Shown piece after piece: positions 10,105-18,706 of a stretch of DNA of 64,000 bases. Every line of letters starts with the position of its first letter. Position 1 is the first letter of the stretch. The DNA is from an uncultured Gemmatimonadaceae bacterium (GTDB lineage Bacteria > Gemmatimonadota > Gemmatimonadetes > Gemmatimonadales > Gemmatimonadaceae): NCBI GenBank assembly GCA_963740355.1, contig CAVUDW010000003.1:992001-1056000 (forward strand), read 5' to 3'. Under the pieces are notes generated by a model, which was not told the DNA's origin, searched no databases, and worked only from the letters and a program-made list of their open reading frames with translations. The translations under genes and the position numbers were made by a program.

Positions 10105-12024
10105 CTAGAGGATCAGGCGCACCCCGCCCATCGTTTCGACCCGATGCGGGAACGTGTCGCCGGGCGTGCCCAGAAACATGAGGTTCTTCGGCACCTGCAA
10201 CTGACCAGAAAGCTTTTCGACCAGCGCTGGCCCGAAGACGCCGCGAACGAACAGCACGTCGATGCGAAGGCGCGGAAACTCCCGGTCGATGCGCGCGAGA
10301 TGTTCCGCCAGCTCCGCAGGAATCTCCGATTCCTCGCGGTACACATGCACGACTGTCATGCGATCGGTCTGTTCATTGCGCAGTACATACGCGGCGGCTC
10401 GGCGTAATACGTCGAGGTTGTCGCCACGCGTGAAGTACACCACGCCGATCTTGTTGATGCGGACCAGCCATCGCACGACGCCGCGTCGAATCCATCGATT
10501 GGCGGCGATCGCGCGATCTGCAACTGCGCGCGAGAGGCTCAACGCCATGCGCAGCACGCTTGTGCGAAAGAGCATGGCGCCGACGACGCCGAGCGAGCCG
10601 AGGGCGTACTCGACGAAGACCGCGGCGTTGGCAGGCGACAGCAACACATTCCCAACCAGCGCCGCCAGCACGGCGCCGAGCGCGAGAAGGATCGCGGGAA
10701 TGCCCGCGGTGACCGCCCGAGGCAAGCGCGCACGATCGCGCTTCAGCAACATGTTGCCTACGGCAAAGAGCGCCATCACGCTGAGGAATGACAGTGCGTA
10801 CACACCCGCGAGCGTGGAGAGGTCACCCGCTGTGGCAAGCAGGATCGAGACACAGAGCGTGAAGAATGCAAGCGCGATCCAGTGGTTTGTGCCGCGGCGA
10901 GTCTCGCGCAGCAGGAACTGGGGCAGGCAGCGGTCGAGCGCCATGCGACGTACGAGGCCAGTCACACCGACGAAGCTGGTCAGCACCGCACCGCAGAGCA
11001 CCAGCACCGCGTCGACACTCACCAGTGCTCCGAGCCACGGGCCCACCGCACGGTCCCCCATCTGCGCCAGCAGATCGGGCGGCACATCCCGGATCCGGGC
11101 CAGCGGCAGCAAGCCAAGCGACAGCAAGCTGATGACGGGATTGAAGACTGCCACCGCGATCCACATGTTGCGCAGCGTCTTCGGAAAGACGCCCGCGCGC
11201 TGCTCCTCGATGAAGTTGGCCGAGCTTTCGAATCCACTCACGCCAAGCATCGCCGCAGCGAAGCCGAAGAACAGCGATGCGACCAAGCCTCGCGGGGACG
11301 GCAGGGACCAGTTCGCGAACAGCAACGAGGGGTCTTCGATCACGCGTGTCGCGCCAGTGATCACGAGCAGCGTGAGGGTTCCGATATGCAGGAAGAAGAT
11401 CACCATCGCGATCACCGCTGACTCACCCACGCCGACAATCGTGAGGATGGCAAACATCGCGAGGACCATGATCGTGGCGGCCGTGACCGGGAGCGCCGCG
11501 ATGAGGTTGTGTGCGTAGTGCATCGCCTCGCTGGCGCTGATCACTGCGGTCGCCAGGTACGACAGCAATGTCAGGCACGCCGCGCCGGCCGCAACGCGCT
11601 TGCTCGTGGTGTTGAGCAACACCGTGTAGGTACCGCCATTGAGCGGCAGCGCGCTGCCAACTTCCGCGTAAATCCTCCGGAACAGGTAGAGCGTCCCGGC
11701 CACCATCAGCAGGACGACGGGTGCCAGTGCGCCGGCCTGTGCCGCACAGAGCGCCGAGACGTACAGCACGCTTGACGTGATGTCATTCCCGCAGATCGCC
11801 GTCGCGCTCCACTGTCCGAGCAAATGACGTTTCGGCTGATCGAGATGCGTGATTGCGACGTCGGGATCGACGGCGGCGACCGACAGGTCGAGGCGATCCA
11901 CCCGTCCCCACCCGGGAAACTCCCAGGAGGGCAATCCCACCGGTGCGTCGGCGATGCGGTTCCGGAACGGAGACGCATCGCCGTGATGATGTGCCTCCTC
12001 GCGATGGCCTGTGTCAGGATGCAT
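10105..12024 (-). CDS. APC-family amino acid permease with C-terminal cytoplasmic domain
   Basis: Motifs ICGNDITSSVLY, LPLNGGTY and GVSGFESSANF; about 12 TM helices plus a soluble C-terminus. Confidence 0.85.
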   Translation of the reverse strand: MHPDTGHREEAHHHGDASPFRNRIADAPVGLPSWEFPGWGRVDRLDLSVAAVDPDVAITHLDQPKRHLLGQWSATAICGNDITSSVLYVSALCAAQAGALAPVVLLMVAGTLYLFRRIYAEVGSALPLNGGTYTVLLNTTSKRVAAGAACLTLLSYLATAVISASEAMHYAHNLIAALPVTAATIMVLAMFAILTIVGVGESAVIAMVIFFLHIGTLTLLVITGATRVIEDPSLLFANWSLPSPRGLVASLFFGFAAAMLGVSGFESSANFIEEQRAGVFPKTLRNMWIAVAVFNPVISLLSLGLLPLARIRDVPPDLLAQMGDRAVGPWLGALVSVDAVLVLCGAVLTSFVGVTGLVRRMALDRCLPQFLLRETRRGTNHWIALAFFTLCVSILLATAGDLSTLAGVYALSFLSVMALFAVGNMLLKRDRARLPRAVTAGIPAILLALGAVLAALVGNVLLSPANAAVFVEYALGSLGVVGAMLFRTSVLRMALSLSRAVADRAIAANRWIRRGVVRWLVRINKIGVVYFTRGDNLDVLRRAAAYVLRNEQTDRMTVVHVYREESEIPAELAEHLARIDREFPRLRIDVLFVRGVFGPALVEKLSGQLQVPKNLMFLGTPGDTFPHRVETMGGVRLIL

Positions 12025-12311
12025 CAGCTTCCAGTGAAGAGAGCGACGACCAACCAGCGGCTGTCTCGCGAACAGTCATTCGTGCTATGCGATCGTTGTG
12101 AACCGTCGCCGCCCTCGTACCTTGTCGCTGGCCTGTACGGCCACCTTCACCGGTGCTGCTCCCATGCTGGTGAAGCGACGGGCGCGGACGTCCGGGCCAC
12201 GGGATACACAATGTGCCTAGCGTAGCAGCCAGCGGCATCGCGCAATCCGCGATTGCGCTCAACGCGACCCTGCTTGGGACGATGACACGGAAGGGCGAGC
12301 CGCCTCGCCGC

Positions 12312-13466
12312 TCAATAACGAAGGATCGCCGCGACGCCCGAGTCGCCGGGCAGTACTGCGCCAGGCATCACCAGCAGTCGACCACCGCGTGCCCGCGCCA
12401 TCGAACCAAGGTCTGTCAACACATCGTTGACATCGGGCTCGCTGCGATCCGCCGCCGTAACGCGTCCCGTCTCCCGGTCAACGCGCCCGGGAATGGCGCG
12501 GTCGCCGTCGATCATCAGTGTTGCGACCCGTCCAGCGGCGATGGCGCGCGCCACCGATTCAAGCTCGAGATCCGCCAGGCCGTGCGCACTTGCCTGCTGC
12601 AGCGACTCGATGTGCGCGACCGTCGTGGCGTCCTGATAGGGAGCGAACAATCCCCACGCTTGAGCGCGAAGTTCGTCGAGCGCAATCGCATCCGGATTCG
12701 CGTTGATGCCATACGGCAGCAGCCTCGGATTTCGACTGATCCGCTCAAACATGTCCCTGTGCTCCTTCAGCGTGAGGAGGATCAACGGGACGCGTGTCTC
12801 GTCCGCGTGAAAGGCCATGATGTCATGATCGACGCGGCGGAAAAACCGCTCGACATCCTTGTCGATCTCATCAGCGCGCGAGCCGCTGCCGTGATGCATC
12901 GGCCCCTTTCCGACGCCCACGCCGCCATATGATGCGACCGTCGAACCCGGCGAGGACAAGACCGGGCCAAGGGCATCGACCATTGTCCGGGCAACACCCG
13001 GCGCCAATTCGACTTCGTGAAGCGACTCACGGTCTCCCGCGAAGAGACGGATGTGCGTCCGCGTCAGTCCGAGAATTTGATAGCGCTGCGCCGACTGCTG
13101 AAGGCGAACGAGGGGCTTGGTGTGGAAAGTGTCGCCAACGACCGCGAGCTCTTCGACGGCGTGGTCAACGAGATAGACTCGAAAGAGGTCGGCCGCGCTC
13201 AGCACCACCAACCCGTCACGCGTGTTGCGCCAGAATTCGTCATCTGCGGCGAGGCGGTGAAAAGGCTCCATCAAAGTCTCAACCGCCGCCGTCCGATACC
13301 GTGATCGCAGTGACTCAGAAAGTGTCCGGATGAGATTCCTGAACCGGATCGGGTCCTGCGCGTTCTCCGGAAACCGTCGGTGCGTTGGCTGATACAGCGA
13401 CAGGCACGGCGGCACTGCCGAATCAAGCACTCCGGTTCCACTGTCCTGCTCAAAGCTGTGAAGCAT
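12312..13466 (-). CDS. Bacterial archaeo-eukaryotic release factor family 3 (baeRF3) protein, Balon-like
   Basis: N-terminal PCLSLYQPTHRRFPENAQDPIRFRNL, eRF1-type C-terminus GRVATL...GVAAILRY and no GGQ. GGAGGAG RBS precedes ATG 13466. Confidence 0.8.
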   Translation of the reverse strand: MLHSFEQDSGTGVLDSAVPPCLSLYQPTHRRFPENAQDPIRFRNLIRTLSESLRSRYRTAAVETLMEPFHRLAADDEFWRNTRDGLVVLSAADLFRVYLVDHAVEELAVVGDTFHTKPLVRLQQSAQRYQILGLTRTHIRLFAGDRESLHEVELAPGVARTMVDALGPVLSSPGSTVASYGGVGVGKGPMHHGSGSRADEIDKDVERFFRRVDHDIMAFHADETRVPLILLTLKEHRDMFERISRNPRLLPYGINANPDAIALDELRAQAWGLFAPYQDATTVAHIESLQQASAHGLADLELESVARAIAAGRVATLMIDGDRAIPGRVDRETGRVTAADRSEPDVNDVLTDLGSMARARGGRLLVMPGAVLPGDSGVAAILRY

Positions 13467-13563
13467 GTCACTCCTCCTGAGGCACGAATTCGGTTTCTGC
13501 GCCTCGGCCAGCGAGAAAAATGCCCGGCACACCACGGCGACAGCGGTCGCGCGCCGTTCGATC

Positions 13564-13592
13564 TTGCAACTTTATATAGATAGCAATATAAT
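13564..13592 (+). promoter_or_regulatory. Sigma70 promoter for usp-marR with an overlapping imperfect palindrome (candidate MarR operator, 13573-13590)
   Basis: TTGCAA-N17-TATAAT. TATATAGATAGCAATATA is 14/18 self-complementary. Confidence 0.7.
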
Positions 13593-13646
13593 GTGAAGGC
13601 TAGACCGACGCAACCTTACGTCCCCATCACCAAAGAGGAGAGCCCA

Positions 13647-14231
13647 ATGCGAAACCGACTCCTTGTCGTCGTTGACGCGCGTCCCGCGTCCGACAGCGCC
13701 ATTGCTGGCGCGATCGAACTGGCCGAACTTCAGCAGAGTTCGCTCGTGTTCGTAGGTGTTGTGCCCAGCGCGCCGGCGACGCGCTTGAATATTCCGTCGC
13801 CTGTGATGTTCGCCGCCGCGTCCGCCGAGGACGCGATGCTCAGTGAGGTTCAGACGCGAATCAACGCGGGCATGGCGGAGGCGGCGCGGCGCGGTCTGCG
13901 CTGCCGCGACGTCATCGATCTGCCCGGGGATGCACTCCAGGTGGTTTCCGTGGCAATCGAGGCCCAGTGCAGGATGATCGTCATCGCCTCCGAGGGCCGG
14001 AGCCCACTCGCACGGCTTCTCTCCGGAAGCATGATTCCGAGCTTGATCACCAACGCGCCAATGCCGGTACTCGTCTGCAAGGCGGCCGACAATGCGCCAG
14101 CACTCGTCCCCGCCGTGCTACCACGTACGCCAGTGCCACGTCTCGCCCGACGCCGTCTGCGAACTGCTCCCGCCACTGATCGCGAAGTGGTGCGCCCGCG
14201 CTTTGTCAGAATCGCACCTTGTGCCTCGTAA
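13647..14231 (+). CDS. Universal stress protein (USP) with basic C-terminal tail
   Basis: Motifs RLLVVVD, MIVIASEGRS..LLSGS and APMPVLVC. GAGGAG RBS. Confidence 0.8.
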   Translation: MRNRLLVVVDARPASDSAIAGAIELAELQQSSLVFVGVVPSAPATRLNIPSPVMFAAASAEDAMLSEVQTRINAGMAEAARRGLRCRDVIDLPGDALQVVSVAIEAQCRMIVIASEGRSPLARLLSGSMIPSLITNAPMPVLVCKAADNAPALVPAVLPRTPVPRLARRRLRTAPATDREVVRPRFVRIAPCAS

Positions 14232-14241
14232 CGGAGTCGCG

Positions 14242-14802
14242 ATGACGCATTCGCTCCACGCATCACCCTCATCTGGAGACGAGGAGACGTCCCCGCCCCA
14301 CCCGGTGAGCGTCGACGGCGGCTGTGACTCGGAGCGCAGCGCGACGGACATGCAGGCTGAGGTTCTGCAACAATTTCGTGTGGTCTTCAACGCGGTGAAG
14401 ACACACTTTCAGCGCGTTGAGCGTCAGGCCGGAGTCGGTGGTGCACAGATCTGGGCTCTGTCAGTGATCCGCGACCGGCCGGACATTGGCGTGGGCGACC
14501 TGGCGGAGGCGCTGAACGTGCGACAGCCCACAGCGAGCATTCTGGTTCGCGGCCTCACGGATCACGCCCTCATTACACACACGCGGCGCGCCAGTGACCG
14601 CCGTGCCGTGCTGCTTCGCGTCACGCCGAAGGGTGATGAGTTGCTTCGAACAATTCCAGCGCCGCACGCCGGGATTCTTCCGGATGCGCTCGCATCGCTC
14701 GATGACGAAACGCTCACGCGACTTGCACACGACCTCGCGGTGCTGATCCAACGGCTGCAGGTCGACCCCGAGGCGCGGAAGCGGCCGCTGGCGTCCCTCT
14801 GA
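14242..14802 (+). CDS. MarR-family transcriptional regulator
   Basis: Winged HTH VGDLAEALNVRQPTASILV and DRRAVLLRVTPKG. Alternative start at 14350. Confidence 0.88.
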   Translation: MTHSLHASPSSGDEETSPPHPVSVDGGCDSERSATDMQAEVLQQFRVVFNAVKTHFQRVERQAGVGGAQIWALSVIRDRPDIGVGDLAEALNVRQPTASILVRGLTDHALITHTRRASDRRAVLLRVTPKGDELLRTIPAPHAGILPDALASLDDETLTRLAHDLAVLIQRLQVDPEARKRPLASL

Positions 14803-15011
14803 GTTCGCCGCGCGCTCTTCGCCCGGCCCGCCTACGGAGACTGTGCGCGCTACGCGCGCTGATCGTGATTCCACACGCCAGCCCGGCCGTTCGCATTGGC
14901 TCAGGAGCGCGTCATTCTGCCAGCAGCGGGTCGGCCGGCGCGGCACGCGTCTCGTGGGATACGTCGTGGTACGAGCGCAGCCGACTCCATTGATGGCAAT
15001 GGGCCGGCAGG

Positions 15012-15047
15012 AACAAACACGGGGGCCCCGCCACCCGGAGCCCCCGC
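15012..15047 (-). terminator. Intrinsic terminator of nrdJ
   Basis: Minus strand reads GCGGGGGCTCCG-GGTGG-CGGGGCCCCCGT followed by GTTTGTT. Confidence 0.65.
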
Positions 15048-15078
15048 ATTCACGTGCCCTGCCGTACCACTCAGATCA

Positions 15079-17532
15079 TTAGATGATCTCGCACGCCCCA
15101 CCGGCACACGCGACCGTTTCCTTCAGCGACGTATAGTCCGCCGCTTCGCTCATCAACGAATAATCAACCGGCTCGTAGGTGAGGCTGTTCCACTTGGCGA
15201 TGTCGGCCGGCGTGGTGACTTCCTCGTTCGGGGCCTGCTGGTAGTCCTTGTCGCCAGTGGCGGCGAGGAGGCTGACGCCCGTGAAGTAAGCACGGTTGTC
15301 CCAGATGAAATCGGCCACCGACTCCCACTCCCCTTCCTTCACCGTCACCGTGTTGCTGACGTTGTGACGCAGGCCCGGGTTGTACTTCTCGTGCGCCGTG
15401 CCAGGCACGACCCAGTTCTCCTGCACCAGCTTCACCATGTCGAGGAACTGCAGCGCGCCGATGTCCTTCTTCAGGATCGCGCCCTCGGGGGCCTCGATCG
15501 GGAAGGTGATCACGTCCGTGGTGTCGGCCTTCATGCCGTACACCTCGGTCATCTGCGGATTCCACGACTTGAAGAAGTTGTAGACCGGCTCCGTGCGCGC
15601 GGCCTGCACGCGACGGAAGTAGCGCTTGGCGTGATGCGGATGGATGCCGCTGGCCGTGCCGAGCAACAGGCTGGCCGTGCCTTCCGGCTTCACACAGGTC
15701 ACACGAGCCGCCGGCTGGATGCCGAGGGTTTCCGCGACCGCGCGATTCGTCATCACGCAGGTCTCCGCTCCCTTGCGCAACACTTCCGGATTCAGGAGCA
15801 CATCGGGGCGCTCGAGAATGCCGCAGATGCTGACGCCGAGCAGTGACTCGCGCTCGTTGATCACGCGGGTGACCGGTCCGAGGTAGCTCATCTCGGTGTA
15901 GGCCGCCTGCATGGTGCCGATCGTCGCCGCCACGGTGCAGAGCTCGTAGAACTTTTCCGGCGTCTCGCACATGCGACCGTTGATCGTGGTCAGGTTGCAG
16001 TGCTGCCAGCCGCTGATCGTGTCGCCGATGCCAACCGACTCGTTGTAGCCGTACTTCATCAGCTTGCCCATCACCTCGTGGTCCACGACCAGTGACGGCG
16101 CGAGCCCGATCTCGACACAGGGATTGGCGCCATACTCGGCGCTTTCCGTGAAGTAGAAGCCCGGCTCACCGAACTGACGGATGGCGTTGAAGAGCCCCAT
16201 GAACTCTTCCTTCGTCGCCTCGCCACGCACCAGCATCGCGCTGTTGTTGCTGTGCTGGCGCTGCGGATTGTGCTTCCACCACTCGCCGGTCTTGGCGTTG
16301 ATCATCTCCTCGTCATCGGCGCTGAAGAGCGCGATGGTGGCGGAGCGACGGATGCCACCGCTGATGACGGCACTGGCCGCATACATCAGGATGTCATAGG
16401 CCTCGATCGGGCGCATCTTGCGGCCCGGGATGCCATCCAGCACGGCGCGGATCTTCTCCAGCGCCTTCTTCAGCGGCTGGTGCCCCGGTGCGCGACCACC
16501 GCTGGTGCGAAGCACGGCACCCTTGGCGCGGATCTCGGAGAAATCGAACTCGACGTACGTGCCTTCGTAGTAGCTCATCACCAGTTCCTGCATCGAATCG
16601 GACCAGCCTTCGATGGTGTCAGGAATCGTGAAGTGCTTCACCGGCAGGTCTTCGGCCGAGGCGCGGAGCGGGAACGGCGCCAGCTTCGACACGTGCTGCT
16701 TCTGCACGCTGAAGCCCACACCCGTTCCACTGAGGAGCAGCCACAACGCCTGGCTGAACTTCCGCATGTGATCGATGTGCCCGAACGTGCAGTTGTACAT
16801 GCGCGCATTGTTCACTTCGATCGCATCGCCGCCGAACTGCATCGAGCGCATGCTCGGCAGCGCCTTGCGATCGCGCACGGCCGCTTCGGCGCTGTCGATC
16901 AGCTGGCCAAGGGTGCGATCGAGCCCGAACGCCTCGTTGTCGAGGAGTGCGGCGAAACGGTTGCGATGCATGTCGAACACACGCTTGGCTGCTTCCGGCC
17001 ACAACTCACGACGGCCCAGATCCTCGCGGTAGCGGGCGTACTTCGACATCGCGATGTAATCGCTGATGCCGCTGACGCCATGCTTGGCGATGCGGGCGTC
17101 GGACTTCTTGGCGCGATAGAGCACATAGCTCTTGGCGACATCGAAGTGGCCGGCGCCAGCGATCATCATCTCGACGATGTCCTGGATCTCTTCCACCGAC
17201 GGCTTCACGCCGCGAGCGGCACGCAGCTCGACGGTGTTGATCACCATGCCGGCGATCCGCAGCACATCGGCATGATCCATCAGGCTCAAGCCATAGTGCT
17301 TGGCCTGGTTGTCACGGTTCGGGTTGTCGGCGCCCTTGTGGCGCTGGGCATAGAAGGCGAGAGCGATGGCTCGCACGATCCGCTCGGGATCCCACTCTGC
17401 CGTCCGCCCGTCCCGCTTCCTCACGGCCTTGTCTGCGGCTGACGTCATCGCCGACGCCAAAGATTCCGGATAAAGCACCGTCGTCATGTCTCTCCCCACG
17501 GGTGGTTGGTCCTGCGATGTCGCGTCCGTCAT
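15079..17532 (-). CDS. nrdJ: Class II (adenosylcobalamin-dependent) ribonucleotide reductase, RTPR-like, with N-terminal ATP-cone
   Basis: ATP-cone VRKRDGRTAEWDPERI..AI. Catalytic motifs YNCTF, GGIRRSA, GANPCVEI and CVKPEGT. C-terminal CAGGACEI. No adjacent nrdB. Confidence 0.85.
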   Translation of the reverse strand: MTDATSQDQPPVGRDMTTVLYPESLASAMTSAADKAVRKRDGRTAEWDPERIVRAIALAFYAQRHKGADNPNRDNQAKHYGLSLMDHADVLRIAGMVINTVELRAARGVKPSVEEIQDIVEMMIAGAGHFDVAKSYVLYRAKKSDARIAKHGVSGISDYIAMSKYARYREDLGRRELWPEAAKRVFDMHRNRFAALLDNEAFGLDRTLGQLIDSAEAAVRDRKALPSMRSMQFGGDAIEVNNARMYNCTFGHIDHMRKFSQALWLLLSGTGVGFSVQKQHVSKLAPFPLRASAEDLPVKHFTIPDTIEGWSDSMQELVMSYYEGTYVEFDFSEIRAKGAVLRTSGGRAPGHQPLKKALEKIRAVLDGIPGRKMRPIEAYDILMYAASAVISGGIRRSATIALFSADDEEMINAKTGEWWKHNPQRQHSNNSAMLVRGEATKEEFMGLFNAIRQFGEPGFYFTESAEYGANPCVEIGLAPSLVVDHEVMGKLMKYGYNESVGIGDTISGWQHCNLTTINGRMCETPEKFYELCTVAATIGTMQAAYTEMSYLGPVTRVINERESLLGVSICGILERPDVLLNPEVLRKGAETCVMTNRAVAETLGIQPAARVTCVKPEGTASLLLGTASGIHPHHAKRYFRRVQAARTEPVYNFFKSWNPQMTEVYGMKADTTDVITFPIEAPEGAILKKDIGALQFLDMVKLVQENWVVPGTAHEKYNPGLRHNVSNTVTVKEGEWESVADFIWDNRAYFTGVSLLAATGDKDYQQAPNEEVTTPADIAKWNSLTYEPVDYSLMSEAADYTSLKETVACAGGACEII

Positions 17533-18172
17533 GTGAATCCGCCCTGCGAATGCGTCCTGCTGCCTGTCGACGTCCGGTCACCCAACCCCACCCTTGCTTC
17601 TACCCTGCCGCATCGTGCATGCCCCACTGATGGGGACACGAAACGGCCCGCAGCGATCCTCCGCCTACCTTGCTGCGGGCGCGAGCACGACTTTGGAACT
17701 ACCCTGGGTGACGCAACGACGGGGCGCGGTGTGACCAGACCGAAACAGACCGGCTTCCAGCGCGGAGCAGGACAATAGGACCCTTCGTGAGTCCGCGCCA
17801 GCGCTGCCCAAACACTCAACGGAGCAACAGTTTAGCGGTTCCATGATCACATTTGTACTGTTTCGGAATCCACAACCGCGACTGGCGACTGCCCCGCCGT
17901 TCAACGGACTCGGCTATCCTGTGAATACGCTAATGTGCCGTAAATCGTTGCCCTGAATGGACTTGCGACAACAAGCCGAGGGTCGAACCGGATTTCGGAT
18001 GAGGGAATCCACACCATCCACATCCATCAACACACGTGGAGATTGCTCGGTTGCACGTCTCCCCGGAAACGGATGACGCCCCGAACACCAGTTTTGCACC
18101 GCGTGTGACCAGGCAAGCGCGCCGAGAGTCCCGCGCAATGGGCCGGAACGGCCCCGCCAGGCCACGATTCGG

Positions 18173-18706
18173 CTACGAACCCGTGTGGTACCGCACCACG
18201 CCGTCGCGGTGCGCCACGGCCAGCCCACGGTACCGCGCCGCCGTGCGGGCCAGCTTGGCCCGCTCCTCCTCCGTGGTCGCCCGAACGACCTTCCCCGGCA
18301 CGCCGAGCACGAGCGAGTTGGGCGGGACGACCATGCCCTCCGGCACCAGCGCGCCCGCGCCGATGATGCTCCCCGACCCGATCTGACACCGGTTGAGCAG
18401 GATCGCGCCCATCCCGATCAGGGCGTCGTCGTCGATCAGGCAGCCATGCAGGATGGCCCGGTGCCCCACCGTCACCCCCGCCCCGACCGTGGTCGGTATG
18501 CCGGGATCGGCATGGACCATCGTCAGGTCCTGAATGTTGGTGCCGGCACCGATGGTGATCTGCTCGGTGTCCCCGCGGATCACCGCGCCGGCCCAGACAC
18601 TCACCTCGTCACCCAGCACCACGGTGCCACACACCGACGCCCGCGGATGCACGAACGCGCTCGACGCGACCTGCGGCGGGCCCCGGAATTCCGCTGGCGC
18701 GCTCAC
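18173..18706 (-). CDS. Gamma-carbonic anhydrase family hexapeptide-repeat protein
   Basis: Motifs AVIRGD, TNIQD..VH and VGHRAILHGC. GTGA overlap with the upstream stop. Confidence 0.9.
   Translation of the reverse strand: MSAPAEFRGPPQVASSAFVHPRASVCGTVVLGDEVSVWAGAVIRGDTEQITIGAGTNIQDLTMVHADPGIPTTVGAGVTVGHRAILHGCLIDDDALIGMGAILLNRCQIGSGSIIGAGALVPEGMVVPPNSLVLGVPGKVVRATTEEERAKLARTAARYRGLAVAHRDGVVRYHTGS

Noticed and set aside
10262..11518. Long antisense ORFs (also 16252-17442, 19036-20493, 30452-31819, 50561-51922 and others)
   Set aside because: These are typical high-GC shadow frames opposite well-supported genes, Arg/Ala-rich and without motifs.
14232..14260. Fluoride (crcB) riboswitch-like GGAG..GATG..GCATTC.CTCC before marR
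   Set aside because: The spacing is wrong, the downstream CUGAUGA pseudoknot partner is absent, and the segment overlaps the RBS/start of marR.
17627..17644. Hammerhead-ribozyme-like CTGATG...CGAAAC
   Set aside because: The core is CUGAUGG rather than CUGANGA, stem II would be 1 bp, and no stems I/III are evident. It is better explained by the CCCCA/TGGGG hairpin.
17938..17967. Imperfect palindrome GTAAATCGTTG...AATGGACTTGC as a dif/att-like site
   Set aside because: It has too many mismatches, and there is no recombinase or partner site in the window.
17533..18172. Cobalamin riboswitch or NrdR boxes upstream of nrdJ
   Set aside because: No GCCACUG or B12-box pattern on the minus strand and no convincing tandem NrdR palindromes by eye.
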